This document shows positions 26,746 to 34,572 of a DNA stretch of 64,000 nt, piece after piece. The translations under genes were made by a program, and so were the position numbers. The first letter of the stretch is position 1, and every line of letters begins with the position of its first letter. The DNA comes from a virus. The notes beneath the pieces are model-generated. The model searched no databases. It saw only the letters and a list, made by a program, of their open reading frames with translations, and was not told the DNA's origin. The stretch is from IMG/VR virus record IMGVR_UViG_2884379107_000001, one strand, 5' to 3'.

Positions 26746-29250
26746 ATGAAGACAAAATACTTTTTCTTCTCGGTATCAATATTAATGTTATTTGCTTTCA
26801 TCATACCTAGAAAGGCTACTGCGCAAAACGAAATACATGAATATGTAGAAACATCTGACTTGGAACTATGTGAAGGAGATATTTTTACCGTTTTCAATCA
26901 ACAATTCATACAAGCCAAAGCTAAGGTTCTATTTAAAAAAGGATATTGTGGGTCATATGGTGTGCGTCAGTATAGTTACCCTAATGATGCAGAATTTACA
27001 TATAATACTGAAAATTTGATTGAAGTAAATGGTTATTACTATAAGGACTCCTACAATATTGACGAAAGAAAAATAAATTATATAAAGTATGTAGCTAAGC
27101 AATCGACCCAAATAATAGTGCAAAATGTTTCTAATATAGAATATGAATTTGAGGAAAAAACTTGTGATGCTCCAGATTTAATTCGGATTACATATAAATA
27201 CATTTACAATATTCATGTCTCTCCAAAGAAAGCTCCTCAATTATCATATAATAAAATCATTGTACAGAATAATGAAGAGTTAATAAAGCTATCGGTAAAT
27301 GGATGTAATACTCAATACCCTTATGTGCAGAAATTTATCTCTACTAATGAAAATCCCAATCCTCCTAAGTCAAATCAAGGAGGTGGCACGTTAATTAGTA
27401 GCTTTGAGGCTCCTTTTGCATTAGATAAATCTACAACATTTTATGTAAGATGCAAGAATGATTTTTGTGTTAGTGACTGGTCTAACCCTGTGCATATTGA
27501 CGTTCTCCCAACGGTTCAACATTTTCACCAACTCCCTCAAAAACCTTTATTTCAAACCCGAATAAAACTTGCCCAAGGAAGTAGTTTTAAGGTCTGTGCG
27601 GACGGTTCGCAGGCTTCTGTGTTTACTGTTTCACGAGGGGGGTATGATTACAGTCAGGCAGTCATTAAAATACCCCTCGCAGATGTTACTACAGCCGGAA
27701 GCTTTTCTATTATTCAACGAAACCGGGATAGTCTGGTTGTTAGCTATAAGCACCCGGATTATATACAAACAACAGGTATATCAATCACCCTTGTTGCAGG
27801 AGTGTATGCCACCCCAACCAGCACAACGGCCTTGTCTACGTTTGACATTACTGTTTACCATGCTCCGGTGGTGATGGTTCACGGATTTGAATCAGATGCT
27901 TCTGGTTTCAAAAAAATGGAAGATAAGTTAAGTATATCGGGTTGGCCGAGCTTCCTGTTACTTCGAGCTGATTATGGGCCTACCAGTAGGAAACATTTTG
28001 CCGTTAATAAACAAGTGGTACCCCAAGGTATCAACATCCTACTGGGTCAGCTTCGCCATATGGGGATAGCTGCTGGCAAAATGGATGTTATCGGCCATAG
28101 TATGGGGGGGCTATTAATTCGGCAGTATTCACAAAGTACTGAGTATGAAAATGATATTCACAAGGTTGTCACGCTAAACACACCACATTCTGGATCGCAA
28201 TTCGCAAACATAAGTAAAGACTTGTCGCTTAATCCCTTAAATGCTTTCCGTGACTTATTTGCTCTTGGAGTTAACGCATGGGTCGATGATGGGGCCGTAA
28301 CGGATTTAGCAGTTGGGAGTGATGCGATTAATAGTTTGAATCAAAGTGATAATCGAGTACGTCATCTTTTGCCAATTCATACAATTGTTACTACTTACCC
28401 TTATGTATATAAGTCACCTAGTGACCGAGAAGGTAATTTTTTGCTAAATAATTTTGTAATGGTATTAGGTGATTTGTTTAGTTTGAACCTTAATAATACA
28501 TATGGTGAATCAACTCATGATTTAGTGGTAACCCTAAGTAGTCAACAAGGAGGACTTTCTGGCTCCTGTGTTGATTTAATTACAAATCAGATTCATTTAG
28601 GATCAATGGAAAATGATCAAGTCATCACCAAATTCATGTTTTTACTACAACAGCCTAGCACTTCCCTTAATTTCTGTCAGAATGGCTTTTCTCCTCCTAC
28701 TCTTACATACACAAAGGTATTTTTAGCCCCTAAAGTAAATATTCAGTCCGCCAGAACAGCCTTGGCTTCCATAAAAATTAATTTACCAAATCAAGGTAAA
28801 ATAGTAAAAGGAGGTAGTTCTGTTCAACTACAGGCAACTGGAAGTGGCTTATCAAGTCTATGGCTTTTTGTTAGTTATTCGCCCGACTCTACTTACAATG
28901 GATTTAAGAACGGTAATACAGCCAATTTTACGTTTACAATAGATAAGAATATTGGAAAGCGATTAGTAGTTGCAATTGGTAAAACATCCACTGGGGAATT
29001 CGTTGCTGATTCAACCTACTTCTACGTCAGTAATAATTTCTGCGAATCCCTTCAATCAGGTAATTGGACAGCCTCCTCTACCTGGTCATGTGGCCATGAG
29101 CCAACCATAGCTGATATAGTAACGATCAATTCCAGTCATATTATTACCGTATCGACTAGCACCGCCCAAACCCAAAGAATTGTTTTTAACGGTGGAACAA
29201 TCAAGTATACACTTTCTGGAAATAAAATTTATTTAAAAATGTATGAATAA
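26746..29250 (+). CDS. Secreted alpha/beta-hydrolase (lipase/PGAP1-like) with an Ig-like domain and a C-terminal G8-like module
   Basis: Signal peptide MKTKYFF...ATA|Q; VVMVHGF, GHSMGG nucleophile elbow, TLNTPHSGS, DLVV; C-terminal SGNWTASSTWSCGHEP. Confidence 0.8.
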   Translation: MKTKYFFFSVSILMLFAFIIPRKATAQNEIHEYVETSDLELCEGDIFTVFNQQFIQAKAKVLFKKGYCGSYGVRQYSYPNDAEFTYNTENLIEVNGYYYKDSYNIDERKINYIKYVAKQSTQIIVQNVSNIEYEFEEKTCDAPDLIRITYKYIYNIHVSPKKAPQLSYNKIIVQNNEELIKLSVNGCNTQYPYVQKFISTNENPNPPKSNQGGGTLISSFEAPFALDKSTTFYVRCKNDFCVSDWSNPVHIDVLPTVQHFHQLPQKPLFQTRIKLAQGSSFKVCADGSQASVFTVSRGGYDYSQAVIKIPLADVTTAGSFSIIQRNRDSLVVSYKHPDYIQTTGISITLVAGVYATPTSTTALSTFDITVYHAPVVMVHGFESDASGFKKMEDKLSISGWPSFLLLRADYGPTSRKHFAVNKQVVPQGINILLGQLRHMGIAAGKMDVIGHSMGGLLIRQYSQSTEYENDIHKVVTLNTPHSGSQFANISKDLSLNPLNAFRDLFALGVNAWVDDGAVTDLAVGSDAINSLNQSDNRVRHLLPIHTIVTTYPYVYKSPSDREGNFLLNNFVMVLGDLFSLNLNNTYGESTHDLVVTLSSQQGGLSGSCVDLITNQIHLGSMENDQVITKFMFLLQQPSTSLNFCQNGFSPPTLTYTKVFLAPKVNIQSARTALASIKINLPNQGKIVKGGSSVQLQATGSGLSSLWLFVSYSPDSTYNGFKNGNTANFTFTIDKNIGKRLVVAIGKTSTGEFVADSTYFYVSNNFCESLQSGNWTASSTWSCGHEPTIADIVTINSSHIITVSTSTAQTQRIVFNGGTIKYTLSGNKIYLKMYE

Positions 29251-29379
29251 CTAATGCTCAAAGTGGATCTTATTTTGGAAAGTCCACCAATAAGTATGGA
29301 TTTATGTTCTCATTTATAGGCTTTTAATAAAACAAGTGCTAGCTACCATTTACCAACGTAATACTCTAAAAAGCGGACT

Positions 29380-29898
29380 TCACAAGTACAAAGTTTTTCT
29401 CCTCTTCAGGCGAACAAATTGATAGCGTTAGAAGGGAAAACCTTAAGGCAAAAGTTGATAGCACTATTATTTTGGGCTTTAAGTTCGGCATGAGTAAGCA
29501 GGACTACGATTATAACTTTAGTCGGCTTATAGCCAATAAAACCTTATCTCATTACAGTAAAACCGAATACGACTTAGATATTGAAGCAGACTCACTACCT
29601 ACCTTTGTAAGTGGCCTATTTACCCCCATATTTAATAAAAAATGAATTAGTTGCACTAAAGATGTTAGCACATGGAACGACTAGCGCCACACCTGTAGGC
29701 TCAATAGTTTTGAGTAAATACCTTTCCAAGCATTTTGGGCAAAAGTACTTGTCCGCTCGAAGTATTTCTGATATATGGATAAAGGGAGGGGTTGAGGTAA
29801 AAAGAGAAAAGGTTCAGACTGATCCGAACCTAAGCTCTCTTACTTATGATGTAGTTATGTTTCGGCCAACTCAACTTGCTTTGTTGGCGCATCTCTAA
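29380..29898 (+). pseudogene. Frameshifted, 5'-truncated inverted copy of the 14737-15330 lipoprotein gene
   Basis: GEQIDSVRRENLKAKVD...MSKQDYDYNFSRL, then a frameshift near 29636, then NELVALKMLAHGTTSATP...FRPTQLALLAHL. Confidence 0.85.
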
Positions 29899-29972
29899 TT
29901 TTCTCCTCCTAATACCTGGCATAAAGGAAGGCATAGCAAAGTGTTTATAGTTTAACAAAGATTCAACAAAAG

Positions 29973-30938
29973 ATGGAGGAAAATCAAAAGAAAAGTCTCA
30001 ATATCCGTTCTTTACCTGGTGTTATTGTTAAATTAGATAAAACAAAATTTTATTTATTAGAACAGACAAGTCAGAGCGAAGCATATGCCATAGAAGAACT
30101 TTCACAAGCCGACATTGATAAAATCAATTTTAGCAACAATGTAATGCTTGAGTACATGTACTTTAAAAGAAAAAAACTAGAAATAAAATTAAACTATGAT
30201 GAATTCCTAGAAATTAACAAAACATATAATGAGCAAATGGCAAAAATTGAGCCAGCTATATTTGACATAAACTATGATAGTGAAATAAGCTTTATAAATA
30301 CAAATAGAATCTTTACCAATTATATTAATTCATGTAGAATTTTTATTGATCATTTAGATGGAAAATTGAATCACAAATATGGAAAAGAGTCTTTCGAGTA
30401 CAAGACTTTTAAGCAAGCTAAAAGTTATTGTTACGATAATTATTTCTCATATAAATTCTTTTATCATTTAAGGAACTATGCTGAACATGTTGACTTCCCG
30501 ATACATGATGTAATTGTTGAACACAGTAGTGATGAAAAAGGTAGTGACAAAGAAATTGAAACTTCATTTAATTTATTCTTTAATAGAGATGAGTTATTGA
30601 AATGTCCTAATATTTTTAAAAAAATTGGAAATGAGTTAAAAGTTAAGGAAGAGCAAATTCCTGTTTTGCCATTAGTTGAAGAATATGAGGCCACTATTGA
30701 AATTATCCTTGATAGCCTTTTAATAGCAGAAAGAAATTTTTACATAAACAATATGAACGAATTAAAAAATATTTTTGATAGACGAAAAATGGGAGGCACG
30801 CTTTATTTACTTAATATTTATGAAGATGAAGAAAAGCAACTTAAAATGAACTTTCCAGGATTGCGTTTTGATGTTGTCAAGTTTATGATTGCGGATTATA
30901 AAGACTTGGATCCGCGCTATGGTTTTAGTGAGAAATAA
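29973..30938 (+). CDS. Hypothetical protein with a HEPN-like Rx4H motif
   Basis: Helical protein containing YKFFYHLRNYAEHVDFPI (RNYAEH at 30471-30488). Confidence 0.6.
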   Translation: MEENQKKSLNIRSLPGVIVKLDKTKFYLLEQTSQSEAYAIEELSQADIDKINFSNNVMLEYMYFKRKKLEIKLNYDEFLEINKTYNEQMAKIEPAIFDINYDSEISFINTNRIFTNYINSCRIFIDHLDGKLNHKYGKESFEYKTFKQAKSYCYDNYFSYKFFYHLRNYAEHVDFPIHDVIVEHSSDEKGSDKEIETSFNLFFNRDELLKCPNIFKKIGNELKVKEEQIPVLPLVEEYEATIEIILDSLLIAERNFYINNMNELKNIFDRRKMGGTLYLLNIYEDEEKQLKMNFPGLRFDVVKFMIADYKDLDPRYGFSEK

Positions 30939-30985
30939 CAATAAAAAACGATACTTTACAAATTTGAAATAATTGAAATAATTTT

Positions 30986-33292
30986 ATGGCTATAAACACT
31001 ATAGTTGATGAGGTTAAAAAAAATGCACCAAAAGGCCTAAGCGAAGAAGAGTATTGCAAATGGCTTTCAGACTATTTGAATTCAAAGCTCAATAAACATA
31101 ATTACTGTAGAGAGTATATTGAAGAAAATACCAAAAAGAGTGCAACAGCTATAAGTTTCTTGATAGATTTATCCAATAAGCTAGCTAATGAATTAGAAAA
31201 TAATGGTCAGCATTGGATGGCACTATTGAAAATTCGCTCAAATAGGTTTAAGTTTATAAATTATAATAAAGGTGAATTTTTATATTTTGACTTTAGCTAT
31301 CTAGCTAATATTTACAATGAGATTAATTATTTACATGAATCAATTTATAAAATATTAAAGGAAATTGATAGGTATAATATAATCTACATACTAGATGATA
31401 TTAATTATATTGTATCAATAGAAAGTGAAATAGAGTTGCAGAAAAAAAATAAACTAAAACTCTTAAGTTATAAGCTTATTAACATTAGAAAATCAATTAG
31501 TAAAAATATAAAATCTTTAATATATCGACCTAAAATCATATTACTAATTATAGCCTTTGTTGTTCCTGTAATCATATACTTTAATCCTTTTCATATTATA
31601 GTTAAGGCAGACTCACAACAAACTATTACATTATCTTTACTAGGCGCAATCACTTCGTTTCTAGGTTTTTTGGTCGTTTTCCTGCAAATATCCTATGAAA
31701 ATCAAAAGAAGCTATATGGTCAGTATGTCAAAAAACTATTGTTCAATGAAACATGGCAGGATTTAATATTAATTTTTACAATTACAGCTGGATGCTGTCT
31801 ATTATCATCATTATTAAAAGATGACGACTTTTTTCATGTCGGAGATATTGCCTTCAATGTAGCTATATTGGGTTTTATACTTTTTTTTATTTTCCTAATC
31901 CCGGGAACGAAAAAAATTCTCAACAATTCCTTTTCTATTACCGAATTAAAAAGACTTGTTAATAGGATCGACTTAGAAGCAGTTCAGCAACATGTACAAA
32001 CTGTTAGCCGAGCCAATTTTTTTGAAAGTGCATTAAATATTTATGAGCATAATCCGATAGCCATTCTTAATGATATAATAAAAAATAGTTTAATTAATAA
32101 AGAATATCGAATAGTTAATTTATTAATAAATGAAATTACTAATCGCTATGAATTCCTATTAGATGGGATAAAAAATAAATCATTTTTCGATGAATCGTTA
32201 ACTTGGAAAACTCATACTTATAAAGAAACTATTGAGTCATTTATAGAATTTAGTCATTTTGTATATAATAATTGTTTAAAGGAAAGTTCAGATAATTACG
32301 CATCTATGATTGTTAGTAGCCAAAGAAGCCTTGTAGTTAAAATGGCAATTCTTGGCGTTAAAATGGAAGAGATAAGGCCTTTATTAAATACTATTCGTGA
32401 ATTTGTTGAAACATTTGCTAATCAATCAAAATATAAATTAACAATTGATGGTCTTGATGAATATTATTATTGTTTATATGAGATTATTAATCATAACACG
32501 CCCAAAGAGGAAGATTTGTCCTATTCAGAAGGTAGTAGAAAGTTGATATATGATGACAAAAATTACGACAATTATAATGCAGAGCTGGAATGGCATATCA
32601 TAAGAGAAGCTATAGTAAGAAATTATGAAGATTTGATAAAATATTGTATTGAAAGATTGCCCAGTAATGACAAAAATTTGACAATAAAGATAATAGAAAT
32701 CTATAAGAGATCATTAAATTTCATATTGCCTGAAAAGTCAAATCTCGATGAACGTAGAATTTTTGAGCTTTTGCACTCATATTGTGCATTTGTTTCTGAA
32801 CTTTATAAAGAATTATTAAATAGTATTAGTAATAATGAAAAAATATGGTCCGAACCTTTTTTCTCTTTTGAAGTAATAGACCTTTTGAAGAAAAATAAAA
32901 ATTATTCATTCATCATGGCAAACTACTGGCTTTGGTGGATGGAATTTAAAATTAATGAAAAAAAGCTAAAATTAATTTTTTTTGACGAAATCAAGGAATT
33001 CATTTTTTCAATTCTGAGGGAAAATATTTCCATTGAAGTAACTTCAGAATATTTAATTGCGTGCATTAATCTATATAATTTAATTTTTGAAAACTATAAA
33101 AATGACACTTTTAAGCCTTATTCAAATATAATTGAGAGCTCTTTAAATCAACTCGAAAGTATTGAGAACAAATTAAATGAAAACCCTGATATTTACAACA
33201 AAGTCATTTTAGCTGTAAATAATGCAAAAACTTTATATGAACCACAAAAAGTTAAATCAATGAAGGCTGTTAAGAAACCTAAAAATAATTAA
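30986..33292 (+). CDS. 768-aa protein with four central TM helices and large helical N- and C-terminal domains
   Basis: Hydrophobic segments at about aa 183-310; very AT-rich coding sequence; 47 bp after the HEPN-like gene. Confidence 0.75.
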   Translation: MAINTIVDEVKKNAPKGLSEEEYCKWLSDYLNSKLNKHNYCREYIEENTKKSATAISFLIDLSNKLANELENNGQHWMALLKIRSNRFKFINYNKGEFLYFDFSYLANIYNEINYLHESIYKILKEIDRYNIIYILDDINYIVSIESEIELQKKNKLKLLSYKLINIRKSISKNIKSLIYRPKIILLIIAFVVPVIIYFNPFHIIVKADSQQTITLSLLGAITSFLGFLVVFLQISYENQKKLYGQYVKKLLFNETWQDLILIFTITAGCCLLSSLLKDDDFFHVGDIAFNVAILGFILFFIFLIPGTKKILNNSFSITELKRLVNRIDLEAVQQHVQTVSRANFFESALNIYEHNPIAILNDIIKNSLINKEYRIVNLLINEITNRYEFLLDGIKNKSFFDESLTWKTHTYKETIESFIEFSHFVYNNCLKESSDNYASMIVSSQRSLVVKMAILGVKMEEIRPLLNTIREFVETFANQSKYKLTIDGLDEYYYCLYEIINHNTPKEEDLSYSEGSRKLIYDDKNYDNYNAELEWHIIREAIVRNYEDLIKYCIERLPSNDKNLTIKIIEIYKRSLNFILPEKSNLDERRIFELLHSYCAFVSELYKELLNSISNNEKIWSEPFFSFEVIDLLKKNKNYSFIMANYWLWWMEFKINEKKLKLIFFDEIKEFIFSILRENISIEVTSEYLIACINLYNLIFENYKNDTFKPYSNIIESSLNQLESIENKLNENPDIYNKVILAVNNAKTLYEPQKVKSMKAVKKPKNN

Positions 33293-33344
33293 TTTTAGAT
33301 AGACATAATTCTCTAAAAGTTTCAGTATGCCTATCCCCCCCCTT

Positions 33345-33515
33345 CTACCTCCTCACTATCCGCCAAACCGTAGACCTCGCCTTAATCCCAAACTTTCTCA
33401 TCACTTCCTGCTCAACCGCCGTTTTCATCACTCCCGGCTTCACCACTAAGGCGCTATAACAGGCCCGTATTTTCTCCCAACGCTTTTCCCGTTTCCTTCG
33501 CTGAGGTGTTTTCAT
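33345..33515 (-). CDS. 56-aa basic HTH-like protein (below the track cutoff)
   Basis: MKTPQRRKREKRWEKIRACYSALVVKPGVMKTAVEQEVMRKFGIKARSTVWRIVRR; start overlaps the stop of the truncated TMP. Confidence 0.55.
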   Translation of the reverse strand: MKTPQRRKREKRWEKIRACYSALVVKPGVMKTAVEQEVMRKFGIKARSTVWRIVRR

Positions 33516-33796
33516 TTCACTAGAGTGGTTAAGTTTTTAAACATTCTCTCCAACAACTGCTGGAATTCACCCCGAACTTTGAGAATCTGGGCGGGTAGCT
33601 GAGTAAGGGCCGTAAACGAGAAGTACCCGGCTGCCAGTTGGCCTAACCGGGTAAACTGGGCATCGAGCTTATTGGTCTCCCGAACGGTGGTATTGGACAG
33701 GCCCAGCACCCGGCGCTCCATAGCGTCGAGTTGAGACTTCCAGTTCACATCGTTGATACTCGCATCGAACGCCAGTGGCCCGCCCAGGTTATTCAT
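33512..33796 (-). pseudogene. Truncated native tape measure gene (about 82 homologous codons)
   Basis: MNNLGGPLAFDASIND...MERRVLGLSNTTVRET...VRGEFQQL aligns with the N-terminus of the 10258-14523 TMP and is coupled to the chaperone gene. Homology ends near 33550. Confidence 0.88.
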
Positions 33797-34038
33797 ACTT
33801 GTAGATTCTTCAAGATTTCGTTAGCCGCTTCCGCCGTCAGGGGCACCGCTTTTTCCTCTTTTTTTGCCTCCTCCTCATCCGTACTGGATTCATAGCCCGG
33901 TGCGTCGATCAGAATTCGCTGCACGATTTGCCACCGTATCCCCCAGTGCAGATAGTGCCAACTCCAGTGGTAATGGGCGCAAATGGCTCCCCTGGAACCA
34001 TAGGGACTTTTCAGGCCTCTGGTACTGCCGGATTTTTT
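33793..34038 (-). CDS. Tail assembly chaperone extension (-1 frameshift product)
   Basis: GLKSPYGSRGAICAHYHWSWHYLHWGIRWQIVQRILIDAPGY lies in the -1 frame and has no start of its own. Slippery A AAA AAT at 34032-34038. Confidence 0.65.
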   Translation of the reverse strand, partial: KKSGSTRGLKSPYGSRGAICAHYHWSWHYLHWGIRWQIVQRILIDAPGYESSTDEEEAKKEEKAVPLTAEAANEILKNLQV

Positions 34039-34538
34039 GGATCCTTTGGCTTTTCCTCTATCCGAATCGGATCCGTCGTCCGGTTTGTCGACAGGAATCG
34101 AATAGAGTTGATAAAATCCCCCATGTTGGATAATTCTAAAATCAAAGAGGTGAATTTCCAGAGGGTTTTGGGGTTCACCCGCCACAGAAAGTAACTGGCC
34201 AGAAGCGGGGTAAACAGCTTGATTTTCCAATAAGAATTTAAGACCGATATGGCCACAATGCGGGCGCAGATGGGTGCATACCGGGCCAGCTTGCGGGATT
34301 CGCCCATCGGATCCTGACTGAGCACCGTTTCGTTCAGATTCATCTGGATGTATTCTTTTGAAAGCCAATCCAATGTGCCCAGATAGGGCTGATTTATCGT
34401 GAACGTGCGTTCGGGCTTTCCCCAAAAGCGCAACAAACTACGCTTGGGTGTGCCGAACTGGATACCCTGTTCAATCAGGGTATCCAGTTCGCGGTTTTCG
34501 GCGGCTAGGGGATCAAAAGAGGATTTAGTATCGGTCAT
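34011..34538 (-). CDS. Tail assembly chaperone
   Basis: Upstream of TMP; FTINQPYLGTLD...LSNMGDFINSIR. Confidence 0.75.
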   Translation of the reverse strand: MTDTKSSFDPLAAENRELDTLIEQGIQFGTPKRSLLRFWGKPERTFTINQPYLGTLDWLSKEYIQMNLNETVLSQDPMGESRKLARYAPICARIVAISVLNSYWKIKLFTPLLASYFLWRVNPKTLWKFTSLILELSNMGDFINSIRFLSTNRTTDPIRIEEKPKDPKNPAVPEA

Positions 34539-34572
34539 AAATTTTAGTTATCAAGCATCGTTATCGGTTTGA

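Noticed and set aside
33793-34425. Track ORF of 210 aa as an independent gene
   Set aside because: Its first approximately 130 aa overlap the chaperone gene in another frame; only the 3' part is plausible, as a frameshift extension.
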